A stretch of 39,354 bases of DNA from an uncultured bacterium. GTDB taxonomy: Bacteria > Patescibacteriota > Minisyncoccia > Phycocordibacterales > UBA2100. Position 1 is the first letter of the stretch. Each line of letters opens with the position of its first letter. Positions 1 through 8,010 of the stretch are shown here, in pieces. The stretch covers positions 1 to 39,354 of the forward strand of contig CAIOKC010000008.1 of assembly GCA_903858755.1 (NCBI GenBank). Reading direction: 5' to 3'. Made by a program: the position numbers and the translations under genes. The notes under the pieces were generated by a model, which was not told the origin of the DNA, did no database searches, and worked only from the letters and a program-made list of their open reading frames with translations.

Positions 1-185
1 TAGAAAAAGCGGGTATGAAAGGCGCGCAGGTCGGCGGCGCGATCGCCTCGCCCCAGCACCCGAATTATCTGGTCAACAAAGATGGCGCAACGGCAAAAGA
101 TGTCCGAGCGCTCGCTGAGCGGATACGAGCGGCGGTGAAATCTGCATTCGGCGTCGAGCTTCGAGAAGAGGCGGCGGTCTTCTGA
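1..185 (+). CDS. murB: UDP-N-acetylenolpyruvoylglucosamine reductase, C-terminal fragment (5' truncated by window)
   Basis: Frame 3 reads EKAGMKGAQVGGAIASPQHPNYLVNKDGATAKDVRALAERIRAAVKSAFGVELREE, matching the MurB C-terminal pattern (GxKG-x-xGGA-x-S-xxH-xN, ATxxDV, FGVxLxxE); TGA at 183-185. Confidence 0.85.
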   Translation, partial: EKAGMKGAQVGGAIASPQHPNYLVNKDGATAKDVRALAERIRAAVKSAFGVELREEAAVF

Positions 186-243
186 TCGTGCTATACTCGC
201 CTACTCCAACCCCTAGCGCTGTCGCGGGGGTCGGAATCGTTGT

Positions 244-2901
244 ATGTCTTCAGAGAAAAACAATTTCAAAGAAGGGAAGATCGTCGTAAAAGGCGCCCGC
301 ACCCACAACCTCAAGAACGTGAGCGTGGAGCTGCCGCGCGGGAAGATGATCGTTTTCACCGGTCTCTCGGGGTCGGGCAAGTCGTCGCTCGCATTTGATA
401 CTATTTTCGCGGAAGGTCAGCGCAAGTACGTGGAATCGCTCTCGGCATACGCGCGACAATTCTTGCGCCAGATGCAAAAGCCGGATGTCGATGAAATCAC
501 CGGTCTTTCTCCCGCGATCTCGATCGCCCAGAAAAGCCGCTCCAACAATCCGCGCTCGACAGTGGCGACCATCACCGAGATTTACGATTACCTCCGCGTA
601 CTCTATGCGCGCGTGGGGAAGCCGCACTGCCCCGTATGCGGTCGGGAAGTGCGCAAGCAAACCAATGAAGAGATCTTGGAATCGGTGCTCACGATAGTGG
701 AACAGGCACGCACACGCATCACGATCCCGACCAAAAAGCATAAATCTGGCAAGCTCACTGCGGGGGTCTCGAAGGCGAAGGTGCGCATAGCGAGCCCTGT
801 CGTCGTGGGGAGGAAGGGCGAGTACTACCAGCTGCTCTACGACATGCTCAACAAGGGGTTCGAGAAGGCGATCATCGACGGCGAAGAAAAATCGCTGCGC
901 GAGCGCATCGAGCTCAAGAAGCATTTCAAGCACGATATCGACATCGTCGTCGATGAGATATTTGTCTCTGAATTTGTCGACGATGCAAAGGCGGCGCACG
1001 AGCGCGCGAGCGAGGCGATCGAGCGGGCGCTTGCCGAATCCGATGGGCTCGTGCGCATCACCGATCCCGCCGGGCTTTCGAAGATCGTGTCTGCGAAATT
1101 CATGTGCGCGTACGACGGATTTTCTTTTCCTGAAATCGAACCGCGCCTCTTTTCTTTCAATTCGCCGTACGGCGCGTGCCCCGAGTGCAAAGGTCTTGGC
1201 ACCAAATACTTCTTCGGCGACGAAGCGTGCGATACATGCCACGGGGCGCGCCTCCGACCGGAATCGCTCAGTGTCTTTCTCGGGAAGGTGGAGGAGCCCG
1301 CGGGGCACGATGGTCCTGCGCGCGGGACGAACATCGTCAGCCTCTCGTCTTTTTCCATACAGGATGCGCAGCATTTCTTCGATACTCTCAAACTCACGAA
1401 GAAGGAGCAGGAGATTTCAAAAGTCATCATCAAGGAGATCACGAGCCGCCTCGCCTTTATGCTCGACGTGGGTATCGAATACCTCACCCTCGACCGCAAG
1501 GCGAATACGCTCTCGGGCGGGGAGGCGCAGCGCATCCGCCTCGCATCGCAGCTTGGAAGCGGGCTCGTGGGCGCGCTCTACGTCCTCGACGAACCGACGA
1601 TTGGTCTTCATCAGCGCGACAACGATAAGCTCATAGCGACGCTCAAACGCTTGCGCGATCTCGGCAATACGGTACTCGTGGTCGAACACGACGAGGATAC
1701 GATCTACGCCTCGGACTACATCGTCGATATCGGACCGGGCGCGGGCGTGCATGGCGGGGAAATCGTCGTCTCGGGCTGGCTCGAAGATTTGCTCACCGCG
1801 AAGACCGAAAAGAGCGGCTCGCGCACGCTTTCGTACTTGCGCGAGGAGGAAGCGATAGAAATGCCTGCACAGCGCCGAGAAGCGGATCGCGGCAAGCTGA
1901 AAATACGCGGCGGCAACAAATTCAACATCAAGAATCTCGATATCGATATACCACTTAGCAAGTTCGTCGTCGTTTCTGGCGTTTCGGGCTCGGGCAAGTC
2001 GACCTTCCTCTACGAAATACTGCACCGCAATCTGCAAGCCCGTTTCGACAAGAGGTATCGCTCCGCGAAAACCTACAATGTATCCGAATTTTCTGGCACC
2101 GAGTACCTCGGTCGCTCGATTCTTATCGACCAATCTCCCATCGGGCGCACGCCGCGCTCGAACCCGGCGACCTACACCGGCGCGTGGACGCATATCCGCG
2201 ATCTCTTTGCGATGAGCGAGGAATCAAAAGCGCGCGGCTGGGGTCCTGGTCGTTTCTCTTTCAATGTAAAAGGCGGTCGCTGCGAAGCGTGCCAAGGCAA
2301 CGGGCTCGTCGCGGTGGAAATGCACTTCCTACCGACGGTGTATGTGACCTGCGACATATGCACCGGGAAGCGTTTTATGAAAGAGACGCTCGAGGTGAAG
2401 TACAAGAAGAAAAATATCCACGACGTGCTCTCGATGACCGTCGAGGAGGGTCTCGCTTTTTTCGAAGACATACCAGCGATCGCCGATCGCTTGCAGACCT
2501 TGATAGATGTAGGGCTCGGCTACCTCGAGCTCGGACAGAGCGCGACGACACTCTCAGGCGGTGAGGCGCAGCGCGTGAAAATCGCTTCAGAGCTCTTCCG
2601 CCCCGGACTCACCAAGACGATGTACCTCCTCGACGAGCCGACGGTCGGGCTCCACTACGACGACGTGGCGAAGCTCATTCAGATACTCCAGAAGCTCGTC
2701 GAACACGGCAACACGGTAGTCGTCATCGAACACAATCTTGATATTCTCAAGTGCGCAGACTACCTCATCGACATGGGACCCGAAGGAGGACAGAGAGGCG
2801 GGAAGCTTGTCGCGAAGGGGACGCCAGAAGAGGTCGCAAAGACGGATGGTTCCCACACAGGTCAGTACCTGAAGCGAGTACTGAGGAAAAAGCGCTCGTG
2901 A
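244..2901 (+). CDS. uvrA: Excinuclease ABC subunit A (short form lacking most of the insertion domain)
   Basis: GARTHNLKN, Walker A GLSGSGKSS and GVSGSGKST, two LSGGEAQR signatures, LDEPT, zinc-finger cysteines. Confidence 0.97.
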   Translation: MSSEKNNFKEGKIVVKGARTHNLKNVSVELPRGKMIVFTGLSGSGKSSLAFDTIFAEGQRKYVESLSAYARQFLRQMQKPDVDEITGLSPAISIAQKSRSNNPRSTVATITEIYDYLRVLYARVGKPHCPVCGREVRKQTNEEILESVLTIVEQARTRITIPTKKHKSGKLTAGVSKAKVRIASPVVVGRKGEYYQLLYDMLNKGFEKAIIDGEEKSLRERIELKKHFKHDIDIVVDEIFVSEFVDDAKAAHERASEAIERALAESDGLVRITDPAGLSKIVSAKFMCAYDGFSFPEIEPRLFSFNSPYGACPECKGLGTKYFFGDEACDTCHGARLRPESLSVFLGKVEEPAGHDGPARGTNIVSLSSFSIQDAQHFFDTLKLTKKEQEISKVIIKEITSRLAFMLDVGIEYLTLDRKANTLSGGEAQRIRLASQLGSGLVGALYVLDEPTIGLHQRDNDKLIATLKRLRDLGNTVLVVEHDEDTIYASDYIVDIGPGAGVHGGEIVVSGWLEDLLTAKTEKSGSRTLSYLREEEAIEMPAQRREADRGKLKIRGGNKFNIKNLDIDIPLSKFVVVSGVSGSGKSTFLYEILHRNLQARFDKRYRSAKTYNVSEFSGTEYLGRSILIDQSPIGRTPRSNPATYTGAWTHIRDLFAMSEESKARGWGPGRFSFNVKGGRCEACQGNGLVAVEMHFLPTVYVTCDICTGKRFMKETLEVKYKKKNIHDVLSMTVEEGLAFFEDIPAIADRLQTLIDVGLGYLELGQSATTLSGGEAQRVKIASELFRPGLTKTMYLLDEPTVGLHYDDVAKLIQILQKLVEHGNTVVVIEHNLDILKCADYLIDMGPEGGQRGGKLVAKGTPEEVAKTDGSHTGQYLKRVLRKKRS

Positions 2902-2913
2902 GTTGTCCCCACC

Positions 2914-2942
2914 TTGCGTTATTCGCGAAGAGAGAGTAGAGT
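2914..2942 (+). promoter_or_regulatory. Putative sigma70-type promoter for the 2991 ORF
   Basis: TTGCGT-N17-TAGAGT. Confidence 0.35.
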
Positions 2943-2990
2943 GAGTTTTTAGAGCAGAGTGCTCATTTCTCACACCTGATAGGGGGTCGC

Positions 2991-3293
2991 ATGGGTAGTC
3001 CAGGCGCTGATGGTAACGCGGCGACTGCGCCGCAGTTAGCCTTCACCAAACTCACGGAGGATCAACTCCGAGAAATCGAGGAATATTTCGTCATGCCTTT
3101 TGTCGAATGGCGGCGTTCGTGGGAGGAGGTGTTCTTGTGGTTTTTCGGGAAAGAATACCCGGGCGATCACATGCACTGGTCTCGCATGCTCGCTGTCTGC
3201 ATGCAGCGAAAAGACGAGCTGAAGATCCCGATTCTCTTGCTGCGTCGGTACCACGCTGAATGCGCCTTCGATCAGAATGCGACGTGGAAATAA
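2991..3293 (+). CDS. Hypothetical protein (100 aa)
   Basis: ORF fills the uvrA-uvrC gap; G-rich SD-like AGGGGG upstream; no recognisable motif. Confidence 0.55.
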   Translation: MGSPGADGNAATAPQLAFTKLTEDQLREIEEYFVMPFVEWRRSWEEVFLWFFGKEYPGDHMHWSRMLAVCMQRKDELKIPILLLRRYHAECAFDQNATWK

Positions 3294-3350
3294 GCACACT
3301 ACGGAGGTCAATAGTATCTCCACTTGCCGCAGTCTCCATACTGCGGCAGG

Positions 3351-4676
3351 ATGTTTGGGATGACCAAGCACGACCTTAGGAAATTCAAGCTCCCAGATTC
3401 GCCGGGGGTCTATACCTTCAGGAAAGGGAGGAAGATGTTGTATATCGGGAAAGCTGCGAGTCTGCGCGACCGCGTCCGCAGCTATTTCTCGCCAGATCTC
3501 GCAAAGGGTCGCGGAAGTCGCATTGTGGGCATGGTCGCCGAAGCGGATTCGCTTTCGCACAAAAAGACGCGATCAGTCCTTGAGGCGCTGATCCTCGAGG
3601 CGAATCTCATCAAGAGATATCAGCCGCCGTACAACGTCGACCAGAAGGACAACAAGAGCTTCAACTACGTCGTTATCACGAAAGAAGATTTCCCTCGCGT
3701 ACTTCTCGTGCGCGGGCGAGAGCTGTTCCAAAATTATGGGTTTCGTAAACCCCTATATAGGGGTTTACGAAACCCTTATATATTTGGTCCGTATCCGCAT
3801 GGCTTGCAGCTCCAGGAAGCTTTGAAAATCGTCCGGAAGATCTTCCCGTTTCGCGACACATGCACACCCAGCTCTGAAAAATCTCGTCAGTGGAAGGCTA
3901 AGCCTTCCAAGCCTTGTTTCAATAGGCAGATCGGGCTCTGCCCCGGAGTGTGCTCCGGCGATATTTCGAAAGCGGATTATGCGCGTACCATCCGCAATAT
4001 CAGAGAACTTTTTGAAGGCAATTTCCACGGGCTCAAGCGTAGGCTCGCGCGAGAGATGAGTGATGCTGCCAAGAAGGAAGATTTCGAGAAAGCGGCTACT
4101 CTGCGCGAGCAGATCAACGCGCTCGAACACATTCGCGATGTGTCGCTCATCAAGGGCGACATCCGGGTTGCGAGCGGAGGCGGCGCCCGCATCGAGGCGT
4201 ACGATATCGCGCACACTGCCGGCAGTGAGACCGTCGGCGTCATGACGGTGGTTTCGAATGGGGAAGCGGTAAAAGCCGCGTACCGGAAATTCAAAATACG
4301 CTCGGCGACCAATGACGACGTCGCGGCGCTCAGGGAGGTCCTCGCGCGGCGCCTCAATCACTCTGAGTGGCCGCTTCCGCGGATGTTCGTCGTCGATGGC
4401 GGGAAAGGGCAAGTGCGCGCGGCAGAGCGTGTCTTGAAAGATGCTGGCGTGGAGATTCCTATTGTCGGTGTCGTGAAGAATGAATTCCATAAGCCAGAGC
4501 GGCTTATCGGCAACGTGCGTGCGATACAAGCATACGAGCAAGATATCTTACTCGCCAACAGCGAGGCGCACCGCTTCGCCATCGCTTGGCACCGTACGCG
4601 AAGGCGCAAGGCGATGGTACAATGGAAAAATGGCGCGCACGATAGTCGGCGTTCTTCGCGGCGGGACTTCGAGTGA
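3351..4676 (+). CDS. uvrC: UvrC-like excinuclease (GIY-YIG, Cys-rich, UVR and RNase H-like regions; no C-terminal HhH)
   Basis: LPDSPGVY, YIGKAASLRDRVRSYF, EALILEANLIKRYQPPYN, EDFEKAATLRE, RIEAYDIAH, VDGGKGQ, EAHRFAI; start at 3351 or 3360. Confidence 0.9.
   Translation: MFGMTKHDLRKFKLPDSPGVYTFRKGRKMLYIGKAASLRDRVRSYFSPDLAKGRGSRIVGMVAEADSLSHKKTRSVLEALILEANLIKRYQPPYNVDQKDNKSFNYVVITKEDFPRVLLVRGRELFQNYGFRKPLYRGLRNPYIFGPYPHGLQLQEALKIVRKIFPFRDTCTPSSEKSRQWKAKPSKPCFNRQIGLCPGVCSGDISKADYARTIRNIRELFEGNFHGLKRRLAREMSDAAKKEDFEKAATLREQINALEHIRDVSLIKGDIRVASGGGARIEAYDIAHTAGSETVGVMTVVSNGEAVKAAYRKFKIRSATNDDVAALREVLARRLNHSEWPLPRMFVVDGGKGQVRAAERVLKDAGVEIPIVGVVKNEFHKPERLIGNVRAIQAYEQDILLANSEAHRFAIAWHRTRRRKAMVQWKNGAHDSRRSSRRDFE
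3738..3775. repeat. Perfect 38-bp palindrome inside uvrC
   Basis: GGGTTTCGTAAACCCC-TATATA-GGGGTTTACGAAACCC equals its own reverse complement. Confidence 0.95.
3891..3909. repeat. 19-bp palindrome (9-bp arms, 1-nt centre) inside uvrC
   Basis: TGGAAGGCT-A-AGCCTTCCA. Confidence 0.85.
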
Positions 4677-5604
4677 GTACCCGCTCTCGCTCAAGACGGG
4701 CGCAGCAATGCTCGCTGCACTGCCTGAGGATGCGTACGATACGCGCGATATTTTCGTCGACAAAAGCGGCATATGGCACTTCCGCGGTCAGCCCGCGACT
4801 CCCGCGCGAGCACTCACGCAAATCGACGTTGTCTTGAACGCGCTTCACGGCGGGGTGGGAGAGGACGGCAGCGTCCAGCGCATTCTCGAGCGGGCTGGAG
4901 TACCGTATGCCGGCTCGCGCCCGGTCGCCGCAAGCCTCTCGCTCAACAAAATACGCGCACGCGAAGTGCTGCAGCGCGCCGGCATCGAGATGCCGCGGGC
5001 GATCGCTTTCTCTCTTGAGAATGATCTGACGACTGCGGAGATGGCGCGGGCTGTCTTCTCGCAATTCGGTCCGCCGTATGTGGTGAAGCCGCCGACCGAT
5101 GGCAGCTCGCGCGGGATCCGGCTTGCGAAAGCGATCCTGGATCTTTCCGACGCGATCGGCGATGTGATCGACGCGTACGGCGCGGTCCTCGTCGAAGAGC
5201 ACGTCCGCGGGCAAGAGGCGAATGTCGGGATTATCGAGGGCTTCCGCAACGAAGATTTGTATGCGCTTCCGCCTGCGCAGGTCATCCTTCCGCCGGAGAT
5301 GTCTTTCATGCAGCCGCATGTCCACGACGACGGGTTGCTCAGGCATATCGTACCCAGCACATTCTCACACGACGAGAAGTACGCGCTTGCGGAGATCGCC
5401 CGAGCAGCGCATAAGGCGCTTGGCATGGATCACTTCTCTCGCGCTGATATCATCCTCACTTCCCGCGGACCGGTGCTGCTCGAGGTCGATGCCACTCCGG
5501 CGCTCCACGCAGGATCTTCTTTTCCGCACATGCTCGAATCGGTCGGCTCTTCGATACTCGAATTTCTCGAACATGCAATCCGCCTTGCGCGAGGTCGCGC
5601 ATGA
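4630..5604 (+). CDS. ddl: D-alanine--D-alanine ligase family ATP-grasp enzyme (divergent)
   Basis: VGVLRGGTSSEYPLSLKTG, ALHGGVGEDG, VVKPPTDGSS, SRADIIL, LEVDATP; start after TG-G-TACAAT. Confidence 0.85.
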   Translation: MARTIVGVLRGGTSSEYPLSLKTGAAMLAALPEDAYDTRDIFVDKSGIWHFRGQPATPARALTQIDVVLNALHGGVGEDGSVQRILERAGVPYAGSRPVAASLSLNKIRAREVLQRAGIEMPRAIAFSLENDLTTAEMARAVFSQFGPPYVVKPPTDGSSRGIRLAKAILDLSDAIGDVIDAYGAVLVEEHVRGQEANVGIIEGFRNEDLYALPPAQVILPPEMSFMQPHVHDDGLLRHIVPSTFSHDEKYALAEIARAAHKALGMDHFSRADIILTSRGPVLLEVDATPALHAGSSFPHMLESVGSSILEFLEHAIRLARGRA

Positions 5605-5624
5605 CGGTATCGTAGTGTTTCGGA

Positions 5625-5697
5625 GGGCCTTTAGCTCATTTGGTAGAGCACCTCATTTGCAATGAGGGGGTGACCGGTTCGAATCCGGTAAGGTCCA
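5625..5697 (+). tRNA. tRNA-Ala(TGC), CCA not encoded
   Basis: Acceptor stem GGGCCTT/AAGGTCC with G3:U70, D-arm GCTC..GAGC, anticodon arm CCTCA-TTTGCAA-TGAGG, T-loop GGTTCGAATCC, discriminator A. Confidence 0.96.
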
Positions 5698-5769
5698 AAC
5701 CAGCTTCAGTTCAGCGCTATCGCGTACGGCTCTTTGGATATCGCAGTAGGAAGGTTATCCTTTATTCCT

Positions 5770-6330
5770 ATGGTCTCACAGAGAGGCGCCACATCGGAGG
5801 CGTGGATCCTGAAGCGCGAGCGCGAATTCCTCGCGGCGCATGAAAAGTACGCCGATCAGATATTTCGGCACTGCTTGGTCCGCATCCGCGACAGGGAAGT
5901 CGCAAAAGATCTCGCGCAGGAGACCTTCTCGCGTGCGTGGCTCTACCTCTCGAAAGGAAAAGAAGTGGAGTACATGCGCGCATTTCTCTATCGCGTCGCC
6001 AACAATCTCATCGTCGACTACTCGCGCAAGAAAAAAACGTCATCTCTCGATTCGATGATGGAGGAAGACGGCTTCGAAGCGGAAGACGAAAGCGCCGCGA
6101 ATCCGGAGGATATTCCGGCAAGTAGGGAAGCGGTGAAGCTTCTCGAATCGCTCGACGATATCTATCGCGTCGTCATCACGATGCGTTTTCTCGATGAGAT
6201 GTCCCCGAAGGAGATAGCCGCTGCCCTCGATACATCGGAAAACGTGGTTTCGGTGCGCATTCACCGGGGTATGCAACGTTTGCGGGAGATGGCTGCTCGC
6301 ACACCGGAGTGCATTGACAATATTCCGTGA
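5770..6330 (+). CDS. ECF-type (sigma-70 family) RNA polymerase sigma factor
   Basis: Region 2 AKDLAQETFSRAW..RAFLYRVANNLIVDYSRK; region 4 MSPKEIAAALDTSENVVSVRIHRG. Confidence 0.92.
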   Translation: MVSQRGATSEAWILKREREFLAAHEKYADQIFRHCLVRIRDREVAKDLAQETFSRAWLYLSKGKEVEYMRAFLYRVANNLIVDYSRKKKTSSLDSMMEEDGFEAEDESAANPEDIPASREAVKLLESLDDIYRVVITMRFLDEMSPKEIAAALDTSENVVSVRIHRGMQRLREMAARTPECIDNIP

Positions 6331-6342
6331 TGCCGGCATGAT
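6314..6342 (+). promoter_or_regulatory. Putative sigma70 promoter of the RRM gene
   Basis: TTGACA-N17-CATGAT. Confidence 0.55.
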
Positions 6343-6437
6343 GCTGGTGAATGTAGCGTTTTCCGATTGCTATGCGTGTAAACCGCAAGGCAAGGGAAAG
6401 GTCGGTTTACATGTTTAGAGGAACAAGAACATAATGC

Positions 6438-6740
6438 ATGGCAAAGAAGCTGTATGTCGGTGGTCTTCCGTACGCGACGACCGACGCTGAGCTCAGAGAT
6501 GCGTTTTCGAAGGCAGGTGCCGTCGAGAGCGCGGTCATCATCATGGACAAGATGAGCGGTCGCTCGAAAGGTTTCGGTTTCGTCGAGATGTCTTCCGACG
6601 AGGAAGCGCAGAGCGCGATCGAGATGTTCAACGGAAAGGATTTCGGTGGACGCACCCTCACGGTCAATGAAGCTCGCCCCATGGAGGAGCGCCCTCGCCG
6701 CGATTTCCGCGGTGGCGGCAACGGAGGCGGTCGCTGGTAA
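6438..6740 (+). CDS. RRM (RNP-1) RNA-binding protein with Gly-rich tail
   Basis: RNP2 LYVGGL, RNP1 KGFGFVEM, LTVNEARP, GGGNGGGRW tail. Confidence 0.95.
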   Translation: MAKKLYVGGLPYATTDAELRDAFSKAGAVESAVIIMDKMSGRSKGFGFVEMSSDEEAQSAIEMFNGKDFGGRTLTVNEARPMEERPRRDFRGGGNGGGRW

Positions 6741-6760
6741 AGCGCTCGGTTTCCGGATCA

Positions 6761-6790
6761 GCACGAGCCCCGCGTATGCGGGGCTCGTGC
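6761..6790. terminator. GC-rich hairpin after the RRM gene
   Basis: GCACGAGCCCCGC-GTAT-GCGGGGCTCGTGC; no U-tract. Confidence 0.55.
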
Positions 6791-6897
6791 ATGTAAGAGC
6801 ACCCCTTGACGAGCGTCTTTAGGTGTGTGAGAGAAATTGTTGAACACGCTCCGGTATACGCTATGATACGGAGTGTCCCCGCGTCTCTCGTGCGCCT

Positions 6898-7851
6898 ATG
6901 AAAGACATACACAAACTATTTGCAGACGCCAAGAGAGAAACTCTCTCGGAGCATGAGCGCGCCGCTTCGCGCGAAAGCCTGAAGCTTTTCATGAAGGAGC
7001 ACCCTGCAGAAGCTCCCTTCGCCCTCCGTGCGTCCGACTACTTCGCTTCGCGATTTTCTTCCATCCATGCCGCGCATTTCATGCGGCTGCATCCTGTCGC
7101 GCTTTCCGTGATCCTTATCCTCGGCGTGGGTGTCGGCACTTCGTACGCCGCCGAGGGCACGGTGCCCGGGGATACGCTCTATCCAGTGAAGATCCACGTC
7201 AATGAATCCGTCCAGACGGCGCTTGCGGTCTCCGACGAAGCGAAGATCGATTGGAGCATCCGGCAAGTACATCGCCGCCTTGATGAAGCGGAGAAACTCG
7301 CGTATCGCGGAGCGCTAAGCGAAGAGAAGCGCTCCGAGATCGAGGCGCGCATAGAAAAAAGCGCCGCGCGATTCGACACGGCGGTCCTTTCGATTGCTGA
7401 TACTCCGGATCCTGCCGTCGTCGCGGATGCGGCTGCTGATTTCGAGGTGGCGCTTTCGGAAAAGGAGCGCGCTTTCGAGAGAATCGCCACGTCGCCTTCC
7501 GTGTCGAAAGACTCCGTCGCCCCCATCACCAAGCGCCTTCGCGCCAAGGTGGAAAAGGCGCAGCGGGTGCGCGCTGTCGCTGCACGGTTTGCCGAAAAAG
7601 AGGGCCACAAAAGAGGCGTCAAAGTACCTACCGGTGCAGGAGTCGTCGGGAGCGTCGCGGAGCAACTCCCCGCACAGGCTACGCTCATGGAGGCGGTGCC
7701 TACCGCTGGAGAAGCGACGACAGGCGCGATCGAGGTTGAAATTGCTTCCACCTCGATCGAGTTCGAAGCAGAGATCGAGGTAGAGAGGGCATTGGATTTT
7801 CGCGCCGCTATCCTCGAGGCGCAGGGAGAGCGTGAAGACGAAGATCGTTAG
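6898..7851 (+). CDS. DUF5667-type membrane-anchored protein (possible anti-sigma factor)
   Basis: Single TM segment followed by YAAEGTVPGDTLYPVKIHVNE (PGDxLYxVK motif) and a helical region. Confidence 0.7.
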   Translation: MKDIHKLFADAKRETLSEHERAASRESLKLFMKEHPAEAPFALRASDYFASRFSSIHAAHFMRLHPVALSVILILGVGVGTSYAAEGTVPGDTLYPVKIHVNESVQTALAVSDEAKIDWSIRQVHRRLDEAEKLAYRGALSEEKRSEIEARIEKSAARFDTAVLSIADTPDPAVVADAAADFEVALSEKERAFERIATSPSVSKDSVAPITKRLRAKVEKAQRVRAVAARFAEKEGHKRGVKVPTGAGVVGSVAEQLPAQATLMEAVPTAGEATTGAIEVEIASTSIEFEAEIEVERALDFRAAILEAQGEREDEDR

Positions 7852-7887
7852 GCGCACCCTGTCGGTGCATATCACTGCGTAGCAAGG

Positions 7888-7923
7888 CTTGTTTATACAT
7901 ACCTATAGGTATGTATAAACAAG
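7888..7923. repeat. Perfect 36-bp AT-rich intergenic palindrome
   Basis: CTTGTTTATACATACC-TATA-GGTATGTATAAACAAG. Confidence 0.95.
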
Positions 7924-8010
7924 TGCGACAAACTGGGTCATGTGTGGATATGTACCACTCTATCCACACTCGCATCTGTGCGAGCTTCCGACATCGTTCA
8001 TAATGTCGAA

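Noticed and set aside
1282-1330. Possible hairpin insertion in uvrA (GKVEEPAGHDGPARG loop)
   Set aside because: Only an imperfect GC-rich stem with G-T pairs, readily expected by chance at this GC content
5625-5770. tRNA-Ala as an integration site for an island
   Set aside because: No integrase and no duplicated tRNA 3' end noticed elsewhere in the window
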